47,751 bases of DNA from Candidatus Puniceispirillum sp. (GCA_020724065.1 DYHQ01000004.1:1-47751); one strand, 5' to 3'. Numbered from the stretch's first letter, positions 26,609 through 38,100 are shown. Made by a program: numbers and translations. The notes: a model not told the origin generated them from the sequence alone.

Positions 26609-29004
26609 CGTTTCCGAGAAGTGCGAAGTAGAGCCAGATGCAAGACTTCGTCCACGCGGTCAACAAAAACGAACTTCATCTGCTGGCGGATATTTTCAGG
26701 CACCTCTTGAAGGTCTTTCTTGTTCTGCCGGGGGAGAATCACTTCATGGATATTGGCTCGATGAGCCGCCACGACTTTCTCACGCAATCCTCCAATGGGC
26801 AGCACCCGACCGCGCAGCGTGATCTCTCCCGTAAGTGCGACATCATTGCGCACAGGAACATTCAGGAAGAGAGATGCCAGCGATGCGCAGAGCGTAATAC
26901 CGGCGGAGGGCCCGTCTTTAGGTGTCGCTCCTTCCGGAATATGAATGTGAATATCCCGGCGGCGGAAAATATCTTCTGCAATGCCGAAACCCGCCGCGTT
27001 GGCGCGCAAATAGGAGAGAGCAATTGCGGCGCTCTCTTTCATCACATCCCCCAGCCGTCCCGTGACCTGCAAATCCTTCGAGCCGGGCATCCAAGTGGAT
27101 TCAATCGCCAGGATGTCGCCTCCAAAGGGTGTCCACGCAAGACCTGTCGCTCGGCCCACTTCGGCCTCCTTGGTCGCCTTGTCCTCCAAGAAGCGAAATA
27201 CGCCCAGAAAATCAGCGACATTTTTTGGAGTAATAACAACCTTTGTCTTACTTCCTTTGGCCAAAGTTCGAGCCACTTTGCGACAGACACCGGCAATCTG
27301 CTGTTCCAACGCTCGAACCCCCGCCTCGCGAGTGTATTGAGCGATAACGCTCTCCAATCCCGAGACGGTGAAACTCAAATCACTCTTCTTCAGTCCATTC
27401 GCTTCGAGTTGGCGGGGTACCAGATAGTGCTTGGCAATCTCGACCTTCTCGGGGCTGATGTAGCCGGGCAATTGAAGAATCTCCATTCGATCCCGCAGAG
27501 GCAAGGGAATCGCGTGCATATCATTGGCCGTCGTAATGAACATGACCCGCGAAAGATCAAACGGTACATCCAGGTAATGGTCCTGGAAAGAGAAATTCTG
27601 TTCCGGGTCCAAGACTTCCAGGAGTGCTGACGATGGATCCCCTCGAAAATCTTGACCGAGTTTGTCAATTTCATCGAGCATGAGCACAGGATTGTTTACC
27701 GCCACGCGACGAACGGATTGAATGATGCGCCCCGGCAGCGCTCCGATATAGGTGCGACGGTGCCCACGAATCTCCGCTTCATCGCGCATGCCTCCGAGAG
27801 ACATCCGATTGAATTGCCGGCTCATCGCGCGGGCTATGGAACGACCCAGCGAGGTCTTCCCGACTCCGGGTGGTCCCACAAAACAGAGAATCGGACCTTT
27901 CATCGTCTTCCTCAACTTGCGCACCGCCAAGAACTCGAGAATCCGTTCCTTCACATCATCCAGGCCGTAATGATCCTCATTCAAGATTTTCTCGGCCACT
28001 TCCACATCCAGGCGGTCTTCAGACGACTTCGACCACGGCAGAGCAATCAACCATTCGATGTAAGTGCGAGAGACCGTGTATTCGGCGGAAGCGACACTCA
28101 TGTTTCGCAGCCGCCCGATTTCCTTGAGAGCGACCTCCTGCGCCTCCTCCGACATCCCCACTTCCATGACTTTCTTCTCAAATTCCTTGAGCTCGGCGCC
28201 CAGGTCCTCCTCCTCGCCAAGCTCGCGTCGAATCGCCTTCAGTTGTTCTCGAAGAAAATATTGGCGCTGGCTCTTTTCCAGCTCCCCTTCGACTTCGGTC
28301 TGAATCTTCGAGCCGAGCTGGAGCAGCTTCAATTCATGATGAACCAGGGAGGCGACTTTTTTCAACCTCTCCTCAAGTTCAAAGGTCTGCAAAACCTCTT
28401 GCTTATCCTCGATCTTGACACTGAGATTGGATGTGACGATATCACCCAGGACTCCCGGATCCGCGATGTTGTAAATCGCAATCTTCACCTCATCGGGGAT
28501 TTGGTGAGAATAATCAATGACGCGGTGGAATTCGTCCGAGATTGTCCGCATGAGCGCCTCGATTTTCAAGCCTCGGCGCCGGTCAGCACCCATGGCTTCA
28601 ATTCGGACCGTCAGATAGGGATCGGTTCCGAGGAGTGTCACCCACCGGATGCGTGCCAATCCCTGTACCAAGAGACGAATGGATCCGTCGGGGACGCGAA
28701 ACATTTTCAGTATCTGAACCGCCGTTCCGACTCGGTAAAACTGATCCTCGGCGCTTTCGCTCACCGGCTGCGGGATTCGAGTAAAAGTGGCGATCATCTT
28801 CGAGCCGCTCAAGGCATCGTTTACGAGTTTCACCATTCGTTCATCCGTAACTACAAGAGGCACGATGACATTGGGGAAGATAATCACATCGCTCAAAAGC
28901 ATCGCCGGAAGCATTTCGGGTATCACCAGGGTTTCCGGCTTTTCCCCTGCTGATGGCGGCGCGGCGGCAGGCGGTGGCATAGTTGAATGATCCATCTCAG
29001 GCAT
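26605..29004 (-). CDS. lon: ATP-dependent Lon protease (LonA)
   Basis: Walker [24 protein letters not shown] and the Ser-Lys dyad [14 protein letters not shown]. Likely start is ATG 29004 after GGAGGAG. Confidence 0.97.
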   Translation of the reverse strand: MPEMDHSTMPPPAAAPPSAGEKPETLVIPEMLPAMLLSDVIIFPNVIVPLVVTDERMVKLVNDALSGSKMIATFTRIPQPVSESAEDQFYRVGTAVQILKMFRVPDGSIRLLVQGLARIRWVTLLGTDPYLTVRIEAMGADRRRGLKIEALMRTISDEFHRVIDYSHQIPDEVKIAIYNIADPGVLGDIVTSNLSVKIEDKQEVLQTFELEERLKKVASLVHHELKLLQLGSKIQTEVEGELEKSQRQYFLREQLKAIRRELGEEEDLGAELKEFEKKVMEVGMSEEAQEVALKEIGRLRNMSVASAEYTVSRTYIEWLIALPWSKSSEDRLDVEVAEKILNEDHYGLDDVKERILEFLAVRKLRKTMKGPILCFVGPPGVGKTSLGRSIARAMSRQFNRMSLGGMRDEAEIRGHRRTYIGALPGRIIQSVRRVAVNNPVLMLDEIDKLGQDFRGDPSSALLEVLDPEQNFSFQDHYLDVPFDLSRVMFITTANDMHAIPLPLRDRMEILQLPGYISPEKVEIAKHYLVPRQLEANGLKKSDLSFTVSGLESVIAQYTREAGVRALEQQIAGVCRKVARTLAKGSKTKVVITPKNVADFLGVFRFLEDKATKEAEVGRATGLAWTPFGGDILAIESTWMPGSKDLQVTGRLGDVMKESAAIALSYLRANAAGFGIAEDIFRRRDIHIHIPEGATPKDGPSAGITLCASLASLFLNVPVRNDVALTGEITLRGRVLPIGGLREKVVAAHRANIHEVILPRQNKKDLQEVPENIRQQMKFVFVDRVDEVLHLALLRTSRKR

Positions 29005-29473
29005 TGGGATTCTCTCCTCCGTCGGCGCCGAGAGATGAGGACTTACGGGTGTGGGAAATCTGTTTCGGCATAACAACTTCCAGTAGGCCGTCGCAATAAT
29101 GTGCTTCTATCTTGTCAACATCAACAATCCGCGGCAAGTGGAAACGGCGTTCAAAAGGTCCGAAATCCATTTCCATCAAGTGGTAGTGTCTCTTGGGATA
29201 CTTCGAGAGTTCTCGTCGAAGGCCACGAATGGTCAGTGTGGACCCCTCAATCTTTACGGACACCTCCTGACGATCTATGCCGGCGATGTCCATAATAACG
29301 ACCAAAGCTTCCTGAGTCTCAAAGAGGTCCGTCGGTGGAAGCCATCGCTTGTCTGTCGCAATGAGGCTCGGTCCTTTGACACGATAATAGTGCCGAAACA
29401 GAAATTCAAGTTCCTCGCCTTGTCCCGCGGCACAGACGGGAACATCTCGATCCACCTGGACGAAGGAATGCAT
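28997..29473 (-). CDS. Small heat-shock protein (Hsp20/alpha-crystallin)
   Basis: PPTDLFET, DIAGI, LTIRGLR, FGPFERRFHLP and AHYCDGLLEV. Confidence 0.9.
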   Translation of the reverse strand: MHSFVQVDRDVPVCAAGQGEELEFLFRHYYRVKGPSLIATDKRWLPPTDLFETQEALVVIMDIAGIDRQEVSVKIEGSTLTIRGLRRELSKYPKRHYHLMEMDFGPFERRFHLPRIVDVDKIEAHYCDGLLEVVMPKQISHTRKSSSLGADGGENPNA

Positions 29474-29598
29474 TGCTGGTTCTCACAGTTATATGAGTAA
29501 AGAATTGCTACAGGAATCCCGTGAAGCTCCCGCTGTTGGCCGAATCACACGAAACGGAGCGTCTCCTCGTGCTTTGGCATGCGCTTTGTAATTGCAAT

Positions 29599-29627
29599 AA
29601 TATAACCACCCCTCCTCACAGTTGCAA
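29599..29627 (-). promoter_or_regulatory. sigma70-type promoter for hsp20-lon-comF
   Basis: Minus strand TTGCAA-N17-TATATT. Confidence 0.5.
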
Positions 29628-29895
29628 GTGGGCATTCACACGCAAGAAGGGGGGCTTGTGGAATTTTTTTCTTGCTTTCGGCCATTTTCTGGATTAAATT
29701 AATATAGTCGGCGGGCATGAAATCCCCCTGGACTACTTTGTTGCATCCAGCATGCCAACTGGGAGAGAACAAAGACGGCCGCTATCTGTCCGCGGAAACC
29801 GAGACGCTCGGGCCGCTGGTGTGTACGATATTGATTTGAATAGGTTTGCGAAGATGCTGCACGAAAATGAGTCGAGACTCAAAGGAAGAGCGAAA

Positions 29896-32784
29896 GTGAG
29901 AAATCGTTTAGTGCGTAAGCAACTTGCTTTCGTCGTGTTGCTCTTTTTTGCAGCACCGACGATGATAAGGGCACAGAATTATGATACTCTGCGCATTGTA
30001 ACCCATAACGCATTGAGCTTCTGTGGTTCGACTTGTGCCGTGCGCGTCCCGGCCTTCCGCACCGTTCACCAAGCCATTAACGCCGACATCGTGGTGACTC
30101 AAGAACAGGTGTCTCAGTCCGGAGTCGATCAATTCCTGAGTCATGTTCTGAACTACGGGCAGCCCGGAACCTACGCGGCCGCCCCGTGGGCGAACGGACC
30201 TGATACCGATAATGCCCTTTTCTATAAAGTGAATAGTGTCGCCGTCGTCTCGACTCTGCAAATCCCCACCGAGCCCTCAGGCGGCATCCGGGACATTAGC
30301 GAATATGTGCTCAAACCGAAGGGCATGGACGCCACAGGAGAATTCCGGATCTACTCACTTCACTTGAAGGCGGGAAACACTTCCGGCGATGAGGACATTC
30401 GCCTCATCGAGGCGACGATTCTGAGAAATCACCTGAATGCGTTGCCCGACGGTAGCAACTTCCTGGTCATGGGGGACTTCAACTGCTATTCCAGTGACGA
30501 TGCCGGATACCAGAAGCTCATTGCTTCGGAAGGAGACAATTCCGGTCGGTGCTACGATCCTATCAATACCCCGGGCGACTGGAACAACTGCAGTTTCGCA
30601 AGTGTCCACACGCAGTCCACTCGCACGACCGTCTTGAATCCCTCGGATGGAGGGACGACCGGAGGAATGGACGACCGATTTGACCAAATCCTCTCCTCGC
30701 AGGCTTTCCTCTCTTCGGGGTGGTTTGAATGCCTGACTGCATCGCATACAGCATATGGCAATGATGGCAATCATTGCAATGATTCCATCAACGACCCGCC
30801 CAACACCGCCGTCGGACAAGACATTGCCAATGCGCTTCAACGCGCCTCAGACCATATCCCGGTGTACATGAACTTTCGGCATCCTATTCCCACCATCATA
30901 GTCACTACCCCAAATGGTGGGGAATCCTGGTCTGTCGGTCAATCTGACACAATCCGCTGGACCGGTACTGGCCTTGCCGGCAATGTAACGATAAGCGTCA
31001 ACCGGAACTACCCCTCAGGAAACTGGGAACCCTTATTCTCAGGAACAGCGAATGATGGCGTGCAGCCCTGGACGGTAACAAGTCCTACAAGCGCACTGTG
31101 CCGGATTCGCATTGTCGGCGACTCGCATGCGCCCGCCCGTGATTCCTCCGATGCCAACTTCACAATTACGGATCCCTTTGTCACCGTATCCTCTCCGAAC
31201 GGCGGTGAAAATTGGTACTGGGGTGAGCCACACAACATACTTTGGAGCTCAGGAGCCGGCGGAACGGTGGACATCTCGCTCAATCGAGATTTCCCTTCCG
31301 GAGAATGGGAGCCAGTCGTTTCAGGAACGCCCAACGACGGCAGTGCGCCGTGGACCGTAAGCAGCCCGGCAACGGCAAGCGCTCGAATCCGAATTGTCAG
31401 CACTGCCAATCCTGCGATTCGCGATTCCTCCAACGCGAACTTCGGAATCTCCGACCCGTATCTCATCCTCATGACCCCTCATGGAGGAGAGGTTTGGACG
31501 GCAGGGCAGACTGAGACCATTGAATGGGAAGGTGCGGGTTTGCTCAGCTCGGACAGCATCGAGATTGAACTGAATCGAAACTGGCCGGGCCCAGTATGGC
31601 AATCCATTGACACGGCCATATACGATTGGTTTGCGCAGGACTGGCTGGTGTCGGGGCCGGGAACCGCTTCGGCACGCATGCGCATCACTTGTTTGCGAGA
31701 ATCCATGATACAAGCCGAGTCAGAGGCCAATTTCATCATCGTAGGCAGCAACGAGCCTCCCTTCATCCTTCACGACCCATCGCATGATGGAGCGCCTGGA
31801 AATATCACGGTTGTCGCGAGCGTGTTTGATGAAGATCCGGGGCCTACCGCAAAGCTTTTTCATCGAGCGGTCGGTTCCGGCATCTATGACTCCACTGCAA
31901 TGAGCCTCACAGGCAATCCCAATGAACTCGCTGCAACAGTGGGACCCCTCGACGAAGACAACTACGAATACTTCATTCGTGCCCAAGACGCTGATCTTCA
32001 GATTTCGGAGACAGAAGTCTATGATTTCCAGTTGGCGTCACCTTGTGGGACAAGCGTTGGTTATGATAACGGAAGCGCAGACCGGTACAATTGGGCGGGG
32101 GGTGAGGAATTCCGCTGGGCAGTGAGATTCACACCCACCAGCACTTTCATCCTCTGCGGCGCCCAGTTTGCTGTTTCTCGTATCAAACCCGATTCGGCGC
32201 ATCAACGCATCGCTATCGAAGTGTATGATGACGATGGTTTCGGTCTCCCGGGACTGCAGCTCTTGGTCGACACGACGGGCTCAGTTGGGAATGTCATGGG
32301 GGGTCTGCCAGAAGACACGACCCTTTGGGCGACGGCTATCTTCCGTGATGAAGCAGGCGAGCCGTTGGTTCTGACCGGCGACTTTTTTATCGCCGTCGGC
32401 AATCCGGACACTCTGCAATACGAGGCTTTTGCGCGCGACACGACTAGCCCGAACTCCGGCCGAAGCTACCTCTACGATGGGTGCGAGGAGGCGTGGTTCA
32501 ACGAAAATGACGGATGCGACAATTGCCGAGTCGGCAACCGACTCATCCGCGCCATCGGTTTCTATCAAAGCTCTCCGCAAATTGTTGTCTCACGAGCCGG
32601 CGATGACGCCAAGCTGGACTGGACATCCACGGGAGCTCCCTACTATCGCGTTTACAGCTCTACGGAACCTTTCGGCAGCTATGCTCTGGAGGGAAGCACC
32701 TCCCAGCCGACTTTCACTGACAACAACGCCATCGTGCAAGAGGTTAGGAAATTCTACCGGGTCGTCTCGTCCACCCAACCCTGA
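29896..32784 (+). CDS. Secreted endonuclease/exonuclease/phosphatase (EEP, DNase I-like) protein with three PNGGE-W Ig-like repeats
   Basis: THN, TQE, LHLKAG, MGDFN, DDRFDQI and SDHIPV motifs; signal peptide after GTG 29896 (the ORF track extends to 29752); repeats starting TPNGGESW, SPNGGENW and TPHGGEVW. Confidence 0.85.
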   Translation: MRNRLVRKQLAFVVLLFFAAPTMIRAQNYDTLRIVTHNALSFCGSTCAVRVPAFRTVHQAINADIVVTQEQVSQSGVDQFLSHVLNYGQPGTYAAAPWANGPDTDNALFYKVNSVAVVSTLQIPTEPSGGIRDISEYVLKPKGMDATGEFRIYSLHLKAGNTSGDEDIRLIEATILRNHLNALPDGSNFLVMGDFNCYSSDDAGYQKLIASEGDNSGRCYDPINTPGDWNNCSFASVHTQSTRTTVLNPSDGGTTGGMDDRFDQILSSQAFLSSGWFECLTASHTAYGNDGNHCNDSINDPPNTAVGQDIANALQRASDHIPVYMNFRHPIPTIIVTTPNGGESWSVGQSDTIRWTGTGLAGNVTISVNRNYPSGNWEPLFSGTANDGVQPWTVTSPTSALCRIRIVGDSHAPARDSSDANFTITDPFVTVSSPNGGENWYWGEPHNILWSSGAGGTVDISLNRDFPSGEWEPVVSGTPNDGSAPWTVSSPATASARIRIVSTANPAIRDSSNANFGISDPYLILMTPHGGEVWTAGQTETIEWEGAGLLSSDSIEIELNRNWPGPVWQSIDTAIYDWFAQDWLVSGPGTASARMRITCLRESMIQAESEANFIIVGSNEPPFILHDPSHDGAPGNITVVASVFDEDPGPTAKLFHRAVGSGIYDSTAMSLTGNPNELAATVGPLDEDNYEYFIRAQDADLQISETEVYDFQLASPCGTSVGYDNGSADRYNWAGGEEFRWAVRFTPTSTFILCGAQFAVSRIKPDSAHQRIAIEVYDDDGFGLPGLQLLVDTTGSVGNVMGGLPEDTTLWATAIFRDEAGEPLVLTGDFFIAVGNPDTLQYEAFARDTTSPNSGRSYLYDGCEEAWFNENDGCDNCRVGNRLIRAIGFYQSSPQIVVSRAGDDAKLDWTSTGAPYYRVYSSTEPFGSYALEGSTSQPTFTDNNAIVQEVRKFYRVVSSTQP

Positions 32785-32813
32785 GGTGAGCTTACGAAAA
32801 GTGAAGTTTTCGC

Positions 32814-32842
32814 TTGACATATCGAGCGAAATTCATTATATT
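32814..32842 (+). promoter_or_regulatory. sigma70-type promoter for tatA
   Basis: TTGACA-N17-TATATT. Confidence 0.65.
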
Positions 32843-32879
32843 TGCTATGTCTTTTGTCAAATGAAGAAGGAGACCCCTT

Positions 32880-33044
32880 TTGAGATTCGGCTGGCTTGAA
32901 ATCGTTCTTATCGTATTGGTTCTTCTGCTTCTGTTTGGCGGACGCAAGATCCCGGAGCTGATGCGCGGGTTAGGACGGGGTGTCAAGGAGTTCAAAGAGG
33001 GAATCAAGGAGGGTGAAAACGACAAAAAGGACTCCCCTCCCTAA
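32880..33044 (+). CDS. tatA: Twin-arginine translocase subunit TatA/E (54 aa, absent from the ORF track)
   Basis: Hand translation from TTG after AAGGAG gives [54 protein letters not shown]. Confidence 0.93.
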   Translation: MRFGWLEIVLIVLVLLLLFGGRKIPELMRGLGRGVKEFKEGIKEGENDKKDSPP

Positions 33045-33132
33045 ACTGTCACGACGCCCTCCGGCTTCTTTTTCCCTTGATTTGCACTTGAAAACATCAA
33101 ATACTCCGCCACCACAAGTAGGATATTGAATC

Positions 33133-33729
33133 ATGGCTACCCAGGTGGGACAGAATATGTCCGAGCAAAAGTTCTACTCCTCAAAGGAAGTCTGCGACGA
33201 CCTCCAAATTTCCAAATCCACGCTGTTCAAATGGGAACGAGAAGGCCTCATTACCCGGGTTCGGCGCGACTGGAGAGGCTGGCGGCTGTATGACCAGCAC
33301 AATATCGAGGAAATCAAGCGCAATATCGAACGCCAAAAGATGCAAGATGTCGGCAATCGTAGCAATTTGATTTTAGTTGTGGACGATGATCCGAGCATTC
33401 TTCAGGTAATGAGCCAGCTTTTGAAGACAGCCGGCTACGAGGTCATTACGGCAGCTACCGGCGAAGAGGCGGTCCAACTCCATACAGAGAGACTCCCTGG
33501 GCTGACCTTTCTCGATGTGAAACTGAAAGGCAAGAGCGGCATTGATGTTTTCAGGGAGATTCGCGGCGCAGATCCTCAGGCGACCGTTATCATTCTGACC
33601 GGCTATCCCAAAATCGAGGATACGGTTCAGGTCATTAAGGAAGGTGCTTACAACTATCTGACAAAACCCATCAAGACTGACGAGCTCCTCGAGATGGTTC
33701 AGGAGGTTCTTGGGGAAGCAGCCACCTAA
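33133..33729 (+). CDS. MerR/excisionase-type HTH fused to a C-terminal response-regulator receiver
   Basis: SKEVCDDLQISKSTLFKWEREGLI..RDWRGWRLY, followed by LVVDDD, FLDVKL, ILTGY and YLTKP. Confidence 0.88.
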   Translation: MATQVGQNMSEQKFYSSKEVCDDLQISKSTLFKWEREGLITRVRRDWRGWRLYDQHNIEEIKRNIERQKMQDVGNRSNLILVVDDDPSILQVMSQLLKTAGYEVITAATGEEAVQLHTERLPGLTFLDVKLKGKSGIDVFREIRGADPQATVIILTGYPKIEDTVQVIKEGAYNYLTKPIKTDELLEMVQEVLGEAAT

Positions 33730-33771
33730 TCGGCCTGCGAGAAGGTCTTTCTCTTAGACAGGAATTTGCTC

Positions 33772-33803
33772 AGCCCCGTTGTTACCTGCGGGGCTTGCTT
33801 TTT
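33772..33803 (+). terminator. Probable intrinsic terminator
   Basis: AGCCCCG...CGGGGCT followed by TGCTTTTT. Confidence 0.5.
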
Positions 33804-33875
33804 CAACGGCGGGAACATTCGTTCTCGGCGCGAGATTTAATCTATTGGAAGTGATGTTAATACATCGGAGATTTC

Positions 33876-35141
33876 GTGATGGTTTCCCCTGACATCTGGC
33901 TTTTTTGGTGGGCATTTTGGTGCTACTTGGCTGCCTTTGCTCTCTTTTCAGTCTATCTGGGAACGGGAAGAGAGCGCATCGGCTGGATTGGAGCTGCACT
34001 GACCGGGTGCGGACTTGTGCCTCAAACCGTCGGGTTCTTTGTGCGCTGGGTGCTTTCACAGCACTATCCGCTCTCCAACATGTACGAGTATCTTGCGATT
34101 ATGAGTTGGATGGCGGCTTTGACGATGGGAATTGTGCTGTGGCGGTATCGCCGGTTGAAGATGGCCGCACTGATTTCGCCCATCATCTTCATGTTGATGG
34201 TGACAGCATCGCTGCTCCCCAAAGAAATCAACATGCAACTCCTGCCGGCTCTCCAAAGCTACTGGCTCACTATCCATGTGACTCTTGCGGCGATTGGCTC
34301 GGGCGCGCTGGCCGTGGGTGCGATAATATCATTTCTTTATCTTGTGCATGACCCTGACCTGGCTGCGAAGGAAGGACCGCTCGACGGCGTTCGAGGGCGT
34401 GTTGCTTTGGCCACAGCCATCGGGATTCCTATGGCTCTGGTCATCCTTCTCAGTCTGGCTCATGCCCTACCTGCCAGCGCGGCGGTGTTCGGGCGTGGTG
34501 ATAATGCGGTCAATGGAATTGGCTCAATTTTCGCAGCACTCGGCATCGGAGCTCCACTGGGAGCCACTGGCTGGGGCCTTGGCTACCGCCGAGTGGTTCG
34601 CCGGAATGCCCAAGCCGCTGGTGGAGGGTACCTGTTTGCCGTGGCCTTTTTGAGCTTTCTTCTGGGCGCGTTGCTGACGGGAATCCTCGTCAAACTGAAT
34701 CTGTTCAGAGTAACGGCGGGGAGTCCGTTTCGTATCTTTGAATTCTTCGGACTGTCTTGGCTCCTGGCCGTGCCACTGTTTCTCCTTCTGAACCATTTTT
34801 TCCGACATGGCAGGCGACTGACAGGGCTTAGACTGGATCGCAGACTCCTGGACGAGATCTCTGCGGGAACCATCAAGCTGGGTTATCCGCTTTATACAGT
34901 GGGGGCTCTCTTCGCCGGGGCGATTTGGGCGGAGCAAGCCTGGGGGTCTTTCTGGTCGTGGGATCCTAAGGAAGTGGGAGCCTTAATCATCTGGCTTTTC
35001 TATTCGGGTTTTTTGCACGCCCGACTTCAGCGCGGTTGGACCGGCACAAGGTCAGCGACTCTCTCCTTGGCCGGTTTCGGAATGATTCTTCTCTCGTTTT
35101 TCGGCAATTATTTTTTTGGTGGTTTGCATGCCTATGCATGA
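33876..35141 (+). CDS. ccsA: System II cytochrome c biogenesis protein CcsA/ResC
   Basis: HYPLSNMYE, PALQSYWLTIH, the WWD domain GAIWAEQAWGSFWSWDPKE and C-terminal GLHAYA. Confidence 0.92.
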   Translation: MMVSPDIWLFWWAFWCYLAAFALFSVYLGTGRERIGWIGAALTGCGLVPQTVGFFVRWVLSQHYPLSNMYEYLAIMSWMAALTMGIVLWRYRRLKMAALISPIIFMLMVTASLLPKEINMQLLPALQSYWLTIHVTLAAIGSGALAVGAIISFLYLVHDPDLAAKEGPLDGVRGRVALATAIGIPMALVILLSLAHALPASAAVFGRGDNAVNGIGSIFAALGIGAPLGATGWGLGYRRVVRRNAQAAGGGYLFAVAFLSFLLGALLTGILVKLNLFRVTAGSPFRIFEFFGLSWLLAVPLFLLLNHFFRHGRRLTGLRLDRRLLDEISAGTIKLGYPLYTVGALFAGAIWAEQAWGSFWSWDPKEVGALIIWLFYSGFLHARLQRGWTGTRSATLSLAGFGMILLSFFGNYFFGGLHAYA

Positions 35142-38100
35142 CGGGCGGCATAAGCAGGGCGAGCCTGACCGAGGATGCCTGCTCTTCGCTCAATTCCTGA
35201 TTCGCAGTCTCGGATTTCTTCTCTTGCTCGCACCTGGCCTTGTCCAAGGCGAATACTTTGGAAAAAACAAGGTGCAGTACGAGACTTTCCATTGGCGCTA
35301 CATCCAGTCGGAGCATTTCGATGTCTATTTCACGGAAGAGGGAGAGGAGATTGCTGAATTCGTCGCGGAAACAGCCGAACAGGCTCTGGAGAATCTCCAA
35401 CGCAGTTTCGACTACAGACTGGACGATCGCATCACGATTATCACCTATCTATCCCACAACAACTTCGAGCAAACGAATGTCACGATGGAACTCCCTGAAG
35501 AGAGTCTCGGGGGATTCACGGAGTTCTTGAAGAATCGCGTCGTGATTCCCTTTCAGGGCAGTTATGAAGAATATCGCCATGTGATTCACCACGAGCTGGC
35601 TCACGCGGTCATGCTACGGATGCTTCACGGCAGTGGATTTCAGTCCATTCTCATTGGGGCCGCCACAATGCAATTGCCGCTCTGGTTCAGCGAGGGGCTG
35701 GCCGAGTATGAATCGCGGAATGGCTGGGATACGGAATCGGACATGTTCATGCGAGATGCGACCGTCAGCGGCTACCTGCCCGACATGGAGATGCTGAACG
35801 GCTACATGGCCTACAAGGGAGGCCAGTCCATCCTCTACTTCATTGATCAGCGCTACGGTTCTCAGAAGGTCGGCGAAATCCTCAACAAGCTGCGCAGCAA
35901 TCGCGATCTGGAAAAATCCATTAAGGCGGCGATTGGCCTGGATATGGAAGAATTCAACAGACGCTGGAAAACCTCGTTGCGCCGTGCCTATTGGCCACAA
36001 GTTGCCGATATGAAGGCTCCCGAGGAGTTTGCCGAACGACTGACGGACCATACCAAGTGGCGCAATTTCGTTAACAATGGTCCCGCGATCTCACCGGATG
36101 GCGAGCAGGTCGCGTTTCTTTCTGACCGAACAGACTACTTTGATCTTTATCTACTCGATGTGAACACGAAGAAACTCCGAAAGCTCTTGCGCGGTGAGCG
36201 AAGCGGGAACTTCGAGGAACTCAAATGGCTGGATTCGCGCATCTCGTGGTCTCCCGACGGTCGGATGATCACCTTCGCATCAAAAGCAGGCCAGTCGGAC
36301 GCCATCTATCTGCTCGATGTGAAGAAACGAAAGATTCGTCGTTCTTTTCGGTGGTCTCTGGATGCCGTATTCAAACCGGTTTGGTCACCGGATGGCGAGA
36401 AGATCGCGTTTGTCGGTGTGAACAGAGGTCGTTCGGACATCTACTACTTTGATATCGCCGACGGACAATTGCGGAAAGCTACGGATGATATTTTTTCCGA
36501 CGACGACCCATCATGGGCTCCGGACTCTAAGTCCCTTACCTTCGTATCGGACCGGCGCGATTCTTTGAGAGTGCGAGGCTATGAAACACACATCGCCATG
36601 CATCGTATGGACTATCGCCAACAGGATATTTATGTTCTCCGATTGGGTGATGATCGGGTTCAGCGCATCACTTCCACCGAAGCAAACGAGCGCTCTCCCG
36701 TTTTCACACCGGATGGCAGGAACCTCGTCTATTCCGGCAATTCCAGTGGAGTGTACAACCTCTACCGACTGAATCTCGAAACGACGGAGAGCGAGGCGTT
36801 CACCAACTGTCTGACCGGCTGCCTCCAGCCAAGCTATTCAGCGAATACTCGCCGCCTGGTATTTACAGCATTGTATGATGGGGGCTATGACATCTTTCTT
36901 CTGAAGAACGGATTGGAAAAACCCGCGGTGACGCTCGTTCCAACGCCTTTCCGACAAAAAGGGACGGTTGACTTCGAGGAAATCGTGGCAAGTCCCGGCT
37001 CCACATCGGGTGGAGTTTCAGGTCATTCGCGCACTTACGCGCACTATGTCTTCGCGACCAGCGGTGGACTGGATACCAGAGCAACGGCCAGCGACAGCGC
37101 CGAGACGACCACGAGCCGCTTGCCCGAGGGAGGTTTTGCCTCCAAGAATTACCGAGTGAAGCTGACTCCAGATTTCGTCTACGCTACCGCCGCTTATTCC
37201 AGTTTCTTCGGAGTCCAGGGTTCCAGCCAGATTCTCTTCTCGGATGTCTTGGGGAATCACCTCATCTTTCTTAACACAGATCTCTACTATGATTTCAATA
37301 ATTTGGATAATACCAACTTTCAGGTCGAGTACTACTACTTGCCTCGCCGCCTGAACTACGGAACCAGTTTTTGTCGCAATGTGTACTATCTTGATGGTGG
37401 ACTGGTGCGGGACCGCACTCTTCAGCTTGGATTCTACCTTGCGTATCCTTTCACAAAATACTCACGAATGGAATTCGACTTCGCCGGGCACATGGTGGAC
37501 CGGGATCATTATGATTTTGACAGGGGAGAGTATCGGTATACCTCAAAGCGCCGAACACTGCTTCCGCGACTCGCGTATGTCTATGACGCCGCTCTGTGGG
37601 GAATGACCGGACCGGTCAATGGGAGTCGTTATCGAGTCTCCTATGCCTACAGTCCGCGGCTGCAGAGTGCCTCATCACAAGAGTCATGGGGCGCCAGTTT
37701 CTACATACTGAAAGGGGATTTTCGACACTACATGCGTCTCCGCCAGGGCTACACTTGGGCGTCAAGGATTGCCGGTGGATTGTCCGGCGGCGAGAAACCG
37801 CAGCTCTTCTTTCTGGGAGGCGTCTGGAATTGGATCAATCGTGAGTATCAAGGGGACTTGCCTGTTGACGATATTGACGATTTCTACTTCGCCTCCTTTG
37901 TAGTCCCCTTTCGTGGCGGGAAGTATTTCGAATATCAGGGCACACGATTCTTCCTCACCAATCAGGAGTTTCGATTCCCGATGGTTCGCGACCTGAAACT
38001 CGGGTGGCCTCTCCCTCTCGAAATCCGCAACATTCAGGGAACGCTCTTTACCGACATCGGAGCAACCTGGAATGGCGACAGCCTGAAGATCACCGAGGAT

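Noticed and set aside
26638-28953. Long plus-strand ORFs of 330 aa and 433 aa
   Set aside because: Antisense shadows of lon.
29574-29592. TTGGCATGCGCTTTGTA as a sigma54 promoter or CIRCE element
   Set aside because: The -12 GC is missing, it points away from hsp20, and it lacks the TTAGCACTC-N9-GAGTGCTAA repeat.
33133-33330. Excisionase-like HTH as a sign of a prophage or ICE
   Set aside because: It is fused to a receiver domain, and there is no integrase, att site or phage gene nearby.
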